A stretch of 40,541 nt of DNA from a virus. The notes under the pieces are model-generated. The model was not told the origin of the DNA. It did no database searches and worked only from the letters and a program-made list of their open reading frames with translations. Positions 18,979-27,428 of the stretch are shown here, one piece after another. The stretch lies in the UHGV virus genome UHGV-1362492, one strand, 5' to 3'. Numbering within the stretch: position 1 is the stretch's first letter; every line of letters starts with the position of its first letter. The position numbers and the translations under genes are program-made.

Positions 18979-19227
18979 ATGAAAAAAATCAATTGGATTG
19001 TAAGAATTAAAAACAAGGCATTCTGGGTAGCACTGATCCCGGCACTCTTGCTGTTGGTACAGGCTATTGCGGCAGTGTTTGGATTTGCGATCGATCTCGG
19101 AGACCTTGGGGATAAGCTGTTGACCGTAATCAATGCGCTCTTTGCAGTACTGGCAATCCTTGGTGTAGTGGTAGACCCAACAACACCGGGAACAGGAGAT
19201 TCAGATCGGGCGCTTACATATAAATAG
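18979..19227 (+). CDS. holin (two TM segments)
   Basis: 82 aa. Two hydrophobic helices (FWVALIPALLLLVQAIAAVFGFAI, LFAVLAILGVVV). Between XhlA-like gene and amidase. Confidence 0.6.
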   Translation: MKKINWIVRIKNKAFWVALIPALLLLVQAIAAVFGFAIDLGDLGDKLLTVINALFAVLAILGVVVDPTTPGTGDSDRALTYK

Positions 19228-19280
19228 ATCCTGGAGAGCTTGGAAACAGGCTCTCTTTTATTATGCAAGGAGGTGAGAAC

Positions 19281-19370
19281 ATGAGCGAACAGAACGAATT
19301 TGGCAGAGTATCCGCAGAGGAACTGGAAAAGGTATTTGAGACAGAAGAACAGGAGGAAGAGAAAGAATGA
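19281..19370 (+). CDS. small acidic ORF (29 aa) translationally coupled to endolysin
   Basis: ATG after AAGGAGGTGAG. MSEQNEFGRVSAEELEKVFETEEQEEEKE. Stop overlaps amidase ATG (ATGA). Confidence 0.3.
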   Translation: MSEQNEFGRVSAEELEKVFETEEQEEEKE

Positions 19371-20170
19371 AAATTGGCTTAAGGGGAGGACACTCCCCAA
19401 ATTGTAAAGGTGCAATCGGTCTGATCGATGAGCAGGCAGAAGTGCGGAAGATCTACAATGAGCTTGTACCAATGCTACAGGCAGTCGGTCATACTGTGGT
19501 TGATTGTAATTCCAACGCATCCAATGTGTCCAGCGAGTTATCTGACGGAACAAATAAGGCGAATAGTGCCGGGTGCGATATTTACGTAACTTTGCACATG
19601 AATGCGGCAGGAGCGGCGTCAGCTGGCGGTACAGAGGTGTGGTTATACGATGCATCTAACCAGACAATGAACACAATCGCAAGCAATATCTGCCAGAATT
19701 TCGCAAATAAAGGATTTGCTAACCGTGGTGTAAAGTACAGTTCGGGATACCATGATCTGAATGCATCTAATATGCCCGGTATGATTGTGGAGACATTATT
19801 TTGCACCGGCACAGATGATGTAGCAAGGTATCGGAATTTAGGCACAAAAGGAATTGCTGAGCTGATTGCAAAGGCAATCGACAGTAGAGCGTACGCGGGA
19901 AGTGGACAGGGAAATAATCAGAATACAGGAGATCAGAAAGGAGAAGAGACTATGCAGTGTATGTTTACAGTAGAGGGAAAAGGATGTGTATATTGGTATC
20001 ATGACGATAAGATTACGGCTTTGGGACATCCGGACGAAATGAAGATTCTGATGGATATTTACAAAGCGAACAATGGAAGAGATATGCCGTCTTACCACTG
20101 GACAAAAAAAGCGCCGTGGCACGCAAGATTGCTTGCGGTTCTGAACAGAAAACCATCTACATCTATCTAA
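19367..20170 (+). CDS. endolysin, N-acetylmuramoyl-L-alanine amidase (Amidase_3-like) with C-terminal binding domain
   Basis: N-terminus MKIGLRGGHSPN…GAIGL…E typical of MurNAc-LAA amidases. Position after holin. Confidence 0.6.
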   Translation: MKIGLRGGHSPNCKGAIGLIDEQAEVRKIYNELVPMLQAVGHTVVDCNSNASNVSSELSDGTNKANSAGCDIYVTLHMNAAGAASAGGTEVWLYDASNQTMNTIASNICQNFANKGFANRGVKYSSGYHDLNASNMPGMIVETLFCTGTDDVARYRNLGTKGIAELIAKAIDSRAYAGSGQGNNQNTGDQKGEETMQCMFTVEGKGCVYWYHDDKITALGHPDEMKILMDIYKANNGRDMPSYHWTKKAPWHARLLAVLNRKPSTSI

Positions 20171-20176
20171 TAAAAT

Positions 20177-20203
20177 CCCCTCGGAGATTAAATCTCTGAG
20201 GGG
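20177..20203 (+). terminator. hairpin terminator after lysis cassette (cccctcggagatt-a-aatctctgagggg)
   Basis: 13-bp perfect inverted repeat immediately after amidase stop. T-run weak. Confidence 0.5.
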
Positions 20204-20393
20204 TGAAATTTCCACGCAATTACTACTAATGTATTTACACACCCGTACAAATGTGGTATTATAAAACTGTCCAATACAGATGATGCTCTGTATTGCGGAG
20301 ACTGAGCAAATCACAGTTTCGCGGATTGAAATATTAGAAGTAGCTTTAAATAGCTAAAAGATAGGGATAGGCTTAATGCTTATCCTTTTCTTT

Positions 20394-20597
20394 TTATCTG
20401 ATCAATTCCCGTACATCGCATTCCAGCGCATCTGCCAGAGCAATTGCGTTCCTGAGCATCATTTTTCCGGTATCGTACTCTCCGTACTCGTATTTCTGTA
20501 TCTGCCGAATGTTAATACCAGTCTTATTGGCAAGTTCTTGTTGCGTTAGCCCTGTAGCCTTTCTTAATCTTTGCACGCTGCTTAAATGTTCCCTCAT
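20394..20597 (-). CDS. XRE-family HTH protein
   Basis: 67 aa from MREHL. HTH TGLTQQELANKTGINIRQIQKYE. RBS AAGAGGGG. Last gene of a three-gene minus-strand cassette. Confidence 0.55.
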   Translation of the reverse strand: MREHLSSVQRLRKATGLTQQELANKTGINIRQIQKYEYGEYDTGKMMLRNAIALADALECDVRELIR

Positions 20598-20598
20598 T

Positions 20599-20892
20599 CT
20601 ATTCACCCCTCTTTCTCCCATCACTATAGCAATCATAAAAACTATCTACTAATTCGGCAATCTCTTCCGGTGATAACTTATCGGCGATTTCTTGCGGCAC
20701 TCTATTATAATTTTCGGCAAACGTACAACCGTATTTTCCGATTTTAGATAATTTCTTAACCATTTCCAGCTTATACATGCGTCCAAGCTCTTCAGTTGTA
20801 ATTTCCCCAGATTTAACTGCCTCCCTTCCTTCTCTCGTTAAAATCTTCATTGCTTCTTCTTTTTTAATTGTTCCGATTCCATTGATTTTCAT
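20599..20892 (-). CDS. hypothetical protein (97 aa)
   Basis: ATG 20892 after GAGAAAGAGG. Stop abuts HTH gene start. Confidence 0.4.
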   Translation of the reverse strand: MKINGIGTIKKEEAMKILTREGREAVKSGEITTEELGRMYKLEMVKKLSKIGKYGCTFAENYNRVPQEIADKLSPEEIAELVDSFYDCYSDGRKRGE

Positions 20893-20970
20893 TTTTCTAC
20901 CTCTTTCTCCCCGTAGCCGATAGGTCAGCATATACATCACTTGCGTCTTGCTACAATGTCTTTCTTGTAA

Positions 20971-21396
20971 TTATTTTCCGTAAACTTCACTTAAAATTCT
21001 TCCGCACATTGTATTGCGTTCGTGTTTAAGATCAAACATAAGTCTCTGGTAGTATTTCATGTAAGCTGTTTCATTGTTCCACTTCAGCAGATCAATTACG
21101 AGTCCGGCATCAGATTCGGAAAGGATTCTGTTGTATTCTTCCTTGCGAGATTCCCACATGCTCACGCTTTCCGGATATTTTGCCTTGCACTCTGCGATCA
21201 GAGCATCAAACTGCTCGTTCATTTTTTTGATCAGATCGTTTGCAAAACTGATCTGTTTCTCTGTTCCTGTCATTTTTGTTCCTCCCATTTTCGCTTCTTT
21301 CCATGCTTTCTTTAAAGCTTCGGAGATTCCGAAGGATGTTTTCTTTACCAGTTCCCATGCTCTTTTCATAATTTTTGATAAGTTGTATTTTTTCAT
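20971..21396 (-). CDS. hypothetical protein (141 aa)
   Basis: First gene of minus-strand cassette between endolysin and integrase. No motif recognised. Confidence 0.4.
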   Translation of the reverse strand: MKKYNLSKIMKRAWELVKKTSFGISEALKKAWKEAKMGGTKMTGTEKQISFANDLIKKMNEQFDALIAECKAKYPESVSMWESRKEEYNRILSESDAGLVIDLLKWNNETAYMKYYQRLMFDLKHERNTMCGRILSEVYGK

Positions 21397-21507
21397 TTTT
21401 CGTATCTCCTTTGCTTTATCTTATGGCCTTATTATACGTCTTATAAGGCGTAAAGTCAATAGGAAAATGAAAAGTTTTTAAAATATTTTTATGATATAAT
21501 GGAATAA

Positions 21508-21702
21508 ATGGAGGGGATAGATATGGAATATCAAATCTACGAATCTTACGATACGTTTTTACTATATCAAGAGTTTTTGGAGATACCTGGTAATACTTTT
21601 AAATTCCGGCTGCCAGAAGGGATGATCCTGACAACCGAAATGATGCACACCTTTTTACGGGCGGCGTATATGAGTGTTGGACGGATGGAGTTGCCGTCCT
21701 GA
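21508..21702 (+). CDS. small hypothetical protein (alternative start 21523)
   Basis: Preceded by extended -10 TGATATAAT at 21492-21500 and GGAGGGGA. Confidence 0.35.
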   Translation: MEGIDMEYQIYESYDTFLLYQEFLEIPGNTFKFRLPEGMILTTEMMHTFLRAAYMSVGRMELPS

Positions 21703-21829
21703 ATATTGTATCAATCTTATTTTTGTCAAAAAAGTTACTACTTATTTAATGTGGATTAGTTGCATCTTGGATGTGCGAAAGAATACGCTCGTAAAAGATG
21801 CAGCTAATAAATATACTCCGAAAGCACCG

Positions 21830-23362
21830 TTATTTCGGCACTTTCGGGTACACATCGATTGTGAATTCAGAGTTTTTCTGGTTTTTCTTGTTCCGTTTCG
21901 TCTTAGTCAGAACAATCCTGTCAATCAGCTGTCTCAAGGCGCTGTTCTTTTCCGAAACAGTCAGAGAGTCCCACTCACTCAATAAATTCTTGCACTTCGG
22001 CACAAAATTCTTCCGGTTTGCCTGTCTTGCGATTGTGGTATGCAAATCTTCACGGGCAGCAGTGATGTTATTCATGCAGTCTCTGATCCGCTGCTCCAGT
22101 GCATTCGAACGCTCAATAAAAATTTCTTTTGTGTAAATTCCCTGCTCTAAAAAATCGAATAAGGATTCCCTCTGTTTTAAAAGCGTCTGATGTTCAGTCT
22201 CAAAATTTGTGACGATCAATTCTTTTGCGGCAATAGCAGCAGTATCTTCCTCGTGAGTGTCAGCAAATTCATATTTGGCTATGTAGTCTTTCAGCCACCC
22301 CAGAAGAGCTTCTTCCAGTTCATCAATCCGGATCCCGACTGTGGAGCACTCTGTATACTGACAGATCAGCATATCATAGGGCGTTTTCGTTTGCGCTTTC
22401 TTACGGACCATAAGCCGATCGCATTGTGAGCATCTGACCAGACCTGCAAATAGATTTTGTATCGGCCTGTCGTTTCTGACTGGAGCAGAAAAACATCCTT
22501 TTGGTTGGTTCGCGCGTTTAAATAAGTCTGGGCTGATCCGTGGCGCCCATGCCGCATCTGAGAGGATGTAATCTGTGGCTTTTGGACGGGACTTTACTAC
22601 GCGCCCATCTTTTACAGCTCTGACAGTCTTACGATGCCCCCAGCGGACTTTACCGATGTTTGCTGGATTTGAGATAATCCCTTTTAAAGTAGAGGGCGTA
22701 AAAGGTTTGCCACTCCTTGCAAGGATCCCCATATTGGACATATAGGTACAGGCTTTCTGGTATCCGTACTGCTTATTTCCGCACAGATCATACATTAGAT
22801 CAAGGACGGGTGCTTCTGTCTGATGTGGGGCGAGAGAGTAGTGTTTTCCATCCGGCGCAATGACGCGCTCCCATCCATAAGGGGCAACATTGCCAACGTA
22901 ATAACCGTCAGAACTGGAACGTTCCCTGCCACGCTGCATTCGGCGCTTGATTGTGGCGTACTCCCGGCGGCTCATAAATAAACTGAACTCAAAGTACTCA
23001 TTATCATACTCATTTGCAGGATCGTAGGTTTTATTCGGTGTTACAATCCGGGTGTTGGAATAAAAAAATGCACGCTGCACACGCCCCTGATCGATCGTAT
23101 CACCTCTGGCCAGACGATCTACGTCCATTACGAGGGCACCATCCCACATACAGGCTTCCACCTCGGATAGTACTTGCGTCATGACTGGACGGGCATCGAT
23201 ACTGTCTCCAGACACAACTTCCCTGTAAATCGCACCGATCGGAAGAGAGAGAGCCTTTGCCAACTCTAACAGGGTAGTAATGTGGCGTTCCAGAACATCA
23301 ATCCCTAGCGCTTCCAGTTCGGCGTCTTTTCTGGATTTTCTGGCGTAGATAAAATAAGACAT
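21830..23362 (-). CDS. int: large serine recombinase (integrase)
   Basis: 510 aa. N-terminal resolvase catalytic motif FIYARKSRKD (Ser nucleophile). Recombinase domain and Cys-containing zinc-ribbon region (CQYTECS…CSQCDRLM). Confidence 0.75.
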   Translation of the reverse strand: MSYFIYARKSRKDAELEALGIDVLERHITTLLELAKALSLPIGAIYREVVSGDSIDARPVMTQVLSEVEACMWDGALVMDVDRLARGDTIDQGRVQRAFFYSNTRIVTPNKTYDPANEYDNEYFEFSLFMSRREYATIKRRMQRGRERSSSDGYYVGNVAPYGWERVIAPDGKHYSLAPHQTEAPVLDLMYDLCGNKQYGYQKACTYMSNMGILARSGKPFTPSTLKGIISNPANIGKVRWGHRKTVRAVKDGRVVKSRPKATDYILSDAAWAPRISPDLFKRANQPKGCFSAPVRNDRPIQNLFAGLVRCSQCDRLMVRKKAQTKTPYDMLICQYTECSTVGIRIDELEEALLGWLKDYIAKYEFADTHEEDTAAIAAKELIVTNFETEHQTLLKQRESLFDFLEQGIYTKEIFIERSNALEQRIRDCMNNITAAREDLHTTIARQANRKNFVPKCKNLLSEWDSLTVSEKNSALRQLIDRIVLTKTKRNKKNQKNSEFTIDVYPKVPK

Positions 23363-23451
23363 TGTATCACACTCCTATGTAATTGTATTTAAATTTGGGT
23401 ACAAAAATAACAGCCAGCACATGAACAAATGTTCTGGATTGTGTAGCTGTC

Positions 23452-23496
23452 CCGAAGATGATACAATATTCTTGGCTTCAGATTGCATATCTTCGG
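23452..23496. other. candidate attP: imperfect inverted repeat ccgaagatgatacaat / attgcatatcttcgg around a 14-bp core
   Basis: Seen in the intergenic region upstream of the serine integrase gene. Assignment by analogy only. Confidence 0.25.
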
Positions 23497-23543
23497 ATAT
23501 GTATTACCGTCTCGGTGTTGGTAGCACCGGGGCGGTTTTTATT

Positions 23544-24041
23544 TTATTCTCCTAAAGAATTTAATGAATTCATTATGTCTTCTGTGCTCATTCCAGCAGC
23601 AGAGGCAGTGTATGCATCAGTAATTTGTGTGGCGTACTGTGTATACACATCAGTTAACTTTAATGACCATTCCTCATAGACGCTGTACTCGTCTCCATTC
23701 TTCTGCATCAGTGTAGCCATTTCGGAAACTCCCTGGTTGGAAATTTCGGCTAATTTTCCTACTTTGCTATTTGATAATTCAGCAAGTGCATTTAAGTCTC
23801 CGGCAATCGGAGCAGCTTCGTTATTATATTCTTCCACAAGTCCCGGAGTCGCATCAGCAATCTTCTTTGTATAATCATCGAGAATACTTTGATACGTAAC
23901 ATCAGACTCTGGTTCTTCTTGCTTTGTTGTGGTTTCTGCATTTGCCTTGTTATCTTTTTCGGAGTCCGTATTTCCATCACATGCTGTAATGGACAATACA
24001 ATAGCTCCAGTTAATAACATAGCTATAATTTTCTTTTTCAT
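23544..24041 (-). CDS. lipoprotein (candidate superinfection-exclusion protein)
   Basis: Signal peptide MKKKIIAMLLTGAIVLSITAC with lipobox. RBS GGAAGAGAGG. Lies between integrase and repressor. Confidence 0.5.
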   Translation of the reverse strand: MKKKIIAMLLTGAIVLSITACDGNTDSEKDNKANAETTTKQEEPESDVTYQSILDDYTKKIADATPGLVEEYNNEAAPIAGDLNALAELSNSKVGKLAEISNQGVSEMATLMQKNGDEYSVYEEWSLKLTDVYTQYATQITDAYTASAAGMSTEDIMNSLNSLGE

Positions 24042-24120
24042 AATTTCCTCTCTTCCTCTGTACTTTTCCCACAATTTATATATATAAACGCCGAAGCGGT
24101 TATATTTTTTGAAAGCCATA

Positions 24121-24579
24121 TTATAAATCCCTTAATAAAAAAATATTTTTAATTAGTGTTACGGTTGCTCTAGTAATGTCATAAGTAGTTAGTAGTGTAA
24201 GGGATAAAATAAATATTAAAATACATGAATTAACATCGACTTCAGGTATCTTATTTAAGGCATCTTGAAAAAGTGATGTTATAAAAGTTACAGTAGTTAA
24301 GATAAGTAGAGAGTGTGTATTATCCCCCATTTCACTTGTTATACTATTAATAAGTGCGTCTTTTTTGCGATTATGCAGTGCCTGCTGATATCTATCAAGA
24401 ATTGTAAAGAAAATGGTTGTTACAGCAAGAGCAAGGGAAAAAAGAGCTATGTTGGTAGTGAGCACATAATCATATTGAATAATTGGATTTTTTGAATAGT
24501 CGAAAGCTATTGACAAAGAAATCGATATTATTAACAATAAGCATGTTTTAAATATAGGATTATGAAACATCCTCTTCAT
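24121..24579 (-). CDS. small integral membrane protein (~4 TM helices)
   Basis: ATG 24579 after GAAGGTGA. Four hydrophobic stretches. Overlaps end of upstream gene. Strongly AT-rich. Confidence 0.5.
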   Translation of the reverse strand: MKRMFHNPIFKTCLLLIISISLSIAFDYSKNPIIQYDYVLTTNIALFSLALAVTTIFFTILDRYQQALHNRKKDALINSITSEMGDNTHSLLILTTVTFITSLFQDALNKIPEVDVNSCILIFILSLTLLTTYDITRATVTLIKNIFLLRDL

Positions 24580-25450
24580 GGTTATCACCTTCTATTAAGT
24601 CAATATTTTGAAATACTTCTTGTAATTTGTCATTTGCATCTGAATTGTTTTGCATGATAGAGATATCTACAGTTTGTTCCACAGGCTTTTCTTCGCTTGT
24701 TATATTTCCTCCACCTAAAAACTTCATTTTCCATTTCCCACCGCCGTTAGAAATGTACTGCAAAGAATCTTTGAAAAAATGATATTTGTTTAAAATAGTA
24801 AGATTCCCTTTTTCGTTTTTTATAGCCATTTTCATAGAGTCTGTATTAGTTTCACTTTTCAATTCTTTCATTAACTCGTTTATTTTATAGGATTGACCGA
24901 GATAATTTGGAGAAAGAAATTCGAATTCTAAAGAAGATATTTTTCCCATGTTTTTTTCGACTGCGTCCCAAAAAGTGCCTCTTTTAGTGATAGGTGTAAG
25001 CCGTAATGAAATAGATCTTTTTATTAAAAACGAAGAAAAAATTTTTTCAACAGAATTAACAAGCGTTTGACTATTTGTAGATATCTCTTTATTTTTCTGA
25101 ATAAGAAATAACTGTTTATTAGTATCTACTATAATATAAGAAAAAGGATAGTCATCCTTATTAACCTTATTGATATCAGTTTCCGTAGCCGTATTAAGAG
25201 TAATATCTTTTCTTTTTGCAAATTTTAATAGTAGTCTTGTATCTGAGAAGGTTTTCGAAAAATATATGCGATATTGTTGGGTTCCAATAAATCCACAGAT
25301 ATATTTTTCATTTTTTAATTGCAAAAGAACTTCTGAAAAAATTTGTTCTTTTGTTTTTGGCATGAGTATATCATCCATATGCATTTGCGCGTCTTTATTT
25401 AAAAAGTACCGAGTTACAATGTATGAATTTAGATTCTCTTTAGTGTTCAT
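24560..25450 (-). CDS. hypothetical 296-aa protein (start 25450 chosen; ORF open to 25564)
   Basis: AT-rich, Lys/Asn-rich, Gly-rich C-terminus (NGGGKWKMKFLGGGN). Downstream of ImmA-like gene in the same operon. No family recognised. Confidence 0.4.
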   Translation of the reverse strand: MNTKENLNSYIVTRYFLNKDAQMHMDDILMPKTKEQIFSEVLLQLKNEKYICGFIGTQQYRIYFSKTFSDTRLLLKFAKRKDITLNTATETDINKVNKDDYPFSYIIVDTNKQLFLIQKNKEISTNSQTLVNSVEKIFSSFLIKRSISLRLTPITKRGTFWDAVEKNMGKISSLEFEFLSPNYLGQSYKINELMKELKSETNTDSMKMAIKNEKGNLTILNKYHFFKDSLQYISNGGGKWKMKFLGGGNITSEEKPVEQTVDISIMQNNSDANDKLQEVFQNIDLIEGDNHEEDVS

Positions 25451-25508
25451 TATATCACTCTTTCTAAAAAAACACCAGTTCGATAAAAGGCGTTTTTTTA
25501 TATAGGAA

Positions 25509-25952
25509 TCACAATACGCTTTTAAACTCCATAATTCTTTCATCGTACCCAGCCAGCCTTGCAATCTGGCTTTTTGTCATGCCCGGATTCTCATAGATGA
25601 GAGAATCTGGTATCAGAAGTTCTGCGGCAAATGTGTTAGCTTCTATTTCATTGGTAGAAGATAACAGAAGAGTCTTGTTTCTGATAAAGTAGCAATTTTC
25701 TTTTCTGTGAAGAATGGAGTGTGCTAACTCGTGAGCCATTACAAGATTCAGCTCATGTTCCTCTAAATCTTCATTTAGGAAAACACATTTGTGATTCTTC
25801 AGAAACATATAGCATCCAGCTCGACTTCCCAAAGGTCCTAATTGAACTTCGACATTTAAGCAGTTTGCAAGTTCAAAAGGATTTCTTGTATTAAATTTCT
25901 TTATGTAGTATTCAACTAAACGCTTAATATCGTTTGTTCTCAATTTATACAC
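25509..25952 (-). CDS. ImmA/IrrE-family zinc metallopeptidase (anti-repressor protease)
   Basis: HEXXH motif MAHELAHSILH. Directly downstream of and abutting the XRE repressor gene. Confidence 0.65.
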   Translation of the reverse strand: MYKLRTNDIKRLVEYYIKKFNTRNPFELANCLNVEVQLGPLGSRAGCYMFLKNHKCVFLNEDLEEHELNLVMAHELAHSILHRKENCYFIRNKTLLLSSTNEIEANTFAAELLIPDSLIYENPGMTKSQIARLAGYDERIMEFKSVL

Positions 25953-26375
25953 CTACTTTTTATTTTTGTTAGGGTTGTACTTTTCTTTGTTAATCGGTTT
26001 TAATCTTCTCATCATCAGCTCGATTTGTCCAAGAAGCAAGTCGATATCTTCTTCTGGAATAGCTTGACCATCATAAGAAGCAGGACCTGCTTCATTGTTT
26101 TTTAACTTATTTCTGATGTTTTCCATATCTTTTGCAATGTCGCGCTCATCTTTCGCCGTGAGTGATGACGGATTATCACCATTAGATGCTCCAGACATTA
26201 AATAATCCAACGATACGCTGAAGTAATCAGCGATTTGCTGGAGCTTGTTAACATTTGGTTGACTTGAACCTAATTTGCTTATGTACCCTTTTCCAAAATT
26301 AAGCTCGTTTTCCAATTTATTCATTGAAATTCCATGTTCTTTGCACAGATGTTTTACGCGTTCTCTCAGTGTCAT
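25953..26375 (-). CDS. XRE-family HTH repressor (ImmR/CI-like)
   Basis: ATG 26375 after GAAAGGAG. N-terminal HTH (ISMNKLENELNFGKGYISKL). Divergent from cro-like gene. Confidence 0.65.
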   Translation of the reverse strand: MTLRERVKHLCKEHGISMNKLENELNFGKGYISKLGSSQPNVNKLQQIADYFSVSLDYLMSGASNGDNPSSLTAKDERDIAKDMENIRNKLKNNEAGPASYDGQAIPEEDIDLLLGQIELMMRRLKPINKEKYNPNKNKK

Positions 26376-26604
26376 ATGTAGACTCCTTTCAAAATTCTGA
26401 AAAAATCGCAAAATAGTCCTTGACATTCTGAAATTATCGCGTATAATGTGATTATAGGGTTCTGAAAAAATCGCAAAAAATTGCGATAATAAGAATGCTG
26501 GAATTTATTTTGTAATTTTGCTTGACAACTAGATTATAGAATATTTTCAGAACTTAGTCAATATAAAATTGTGATATTTTCAGAACTCAATCAAAAAGAA
26601 AGGA
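26376..26604. promoter_or_regulatory. divergent immunity-switch region: four copies of TTCTGAAAA operator motif (2 direct, 2 inverted), palindrome atcgcaaaaaattgcgat, and a + strand promoter TTGACA(26420)-16-TATAAT(26442)
   Basis: Copies at 26395-26413, 26460-26478 (+) and 26543-26554, 26576-26587 (reverse). Read directly. Confidence 0.55.
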
Positions 26605-26805
26605 GTGATTGATACGGAAAATAATATTTTCGACAAGGTATCTAAGAAAGCTGTAGAAAAAGGTATTTCCATCAACTTATTAGAAAGTCGTGCTGGTGTT
26701 TCCACCGGAAGCATTTATAAGTGGAATACAGTTAGTCCTACAGTAAGAAGCTTATCCAAAGTAGCAAGGGTACTAGGATGTACCATTGATGAATTATTAG
26801 AGTAG
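26605..26805 (+). CDS. Cro-like XRE HTH protein
   Basis: 66 aa, HTH LLESRAGVSTGSIYKW. First + strand gene facing repressor. Confidence 0.55.
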   Translation: MIDTENNIFDKVSKKAVEKGISINLLESRAGVSTGSIYKWNTVSPTVRSLSKVARVLGCTIDELLE

Positions 26806-26814
26806 GAGGAATTT

Positions 26815-27027
26815 ATGGCAGATGAATGGCTCGGAAGAGCAATCAATGATTATCTGGTAAAAAGAGGTATCAAACAGATTTTTTTATCACAAAAAACAGG
26901 GATACCGAAACATAAGATATGTAGTTCGCTGAATGGCAAGAGACGGTTTACTTTTGAAGAATATGAGCTGATCTGCGGAGCACTTGAAGTGAATACGGAC
27001 AAGTTTATTAAACCGAAGAAATTGTAA
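26815..27027 (+). CDS. XRE-like HTH protein
   Basis: 70 aa, IFLSQKTGIPKHKICSSL. Confidence 0.45.
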   Translation: MADEWLGRAINDYLVKRGIKQIFLSQKTGIPKHKICSSLNGKRRFTFEEYELICGALEVNTDKFIKPKKL

Positions 27028-27038
27028 AGGAGAAAAAG

Positions 27039-27188
27039 ATGTCTAAGAAAAGTCAAAAAAGTTTGTATGAAGAAATGGTAGAAGATTTATCGAAGTTCGT
27101 TATTCGCACTGCGAACAAGGACAATCCAACACCAGAAGAGCTTGCAGCAATGACTGAAATGGCAAAAATGCTATTTAGGACAATTTAA
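27039..27188 (+). CDS. small hypothetical protein (49 aa)
   Basis: ATG after AAGGAGAAAAAG. Followed by hairpin. Confidence 0.35.
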   Translation: MSKKSQKSLYEEMVEDLSKFVIRTANKDNPTPEELAAMTEMAKMLFRTI

Positions 27189-27190
27189 AA

Positions 27191-27213
27191 GTCCTGAGTA
27201 TAAACTCAGGACA
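27191..27213. terminator. bidirectional-looking hairpin gtcctgagt-ataaa-actcaggac
   Basis: Perfect 9-bp inverted repeat flanked by A/T runs on both sides. Sits between convergent ORFs. Confidence 0.5.
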
Positions 27214-27218
27214 AAAGA

Positions 27219-27353
27219 CTAATGGCTTGTACTTTTATGGTTTGCAAGGATTGTTCCTGCTTTAGATTTTGCGGAAGCTGATTTGCTTGTGGAAAGAGTT
27301 TTTCCAGCTTTGCTGACTTTAGCAGATGGCTTGCATGATTTTCCTTTTGCCAT
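27219..27353 (-). CDS. small lysine-rich basic protein (44 aa; MAKGKSCKPSAKVSKAGKTLSTSKSASAKSKAGTILANHKSTSH)
   Basis: ATG 27353 preceded by AAAGGTGGTGAATAT. Different frame from the 67-aa ORF in the track. Confidence 0.35.
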   Translation of the reverse strand: MAKGKSCKPSAKVSKAGKTLSTSKSASAKSKAGTILANHKSTSH

Positions 27354-27428
27354 ATATTCACCACCTTTCTTATTAAAAATGAGATACCTCTAGCAAGATG
27401 GTACAACACAATATATGGAAAGTCAAAT

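Noticed and set aside
19582-20314. Minus-strand ORFs (87 and 158 aa) overlapping the endolysin gene
   Set aside because: Antisense to a gene with a clear amidase signature. No independent support.
23500-23545. Terminator-like GC hairpin caccgggg…cggttttt upstream of integrase
   Set aside because: Stem is poor and the T-run is displaced, so function is ambiguous. Not called.
27206-27409. 67-aa minus ORF from the track
   Set aside because: An alternative frame on the same strand (27219-27353) has a far better RBS. Kept that one instead, at low confidence.
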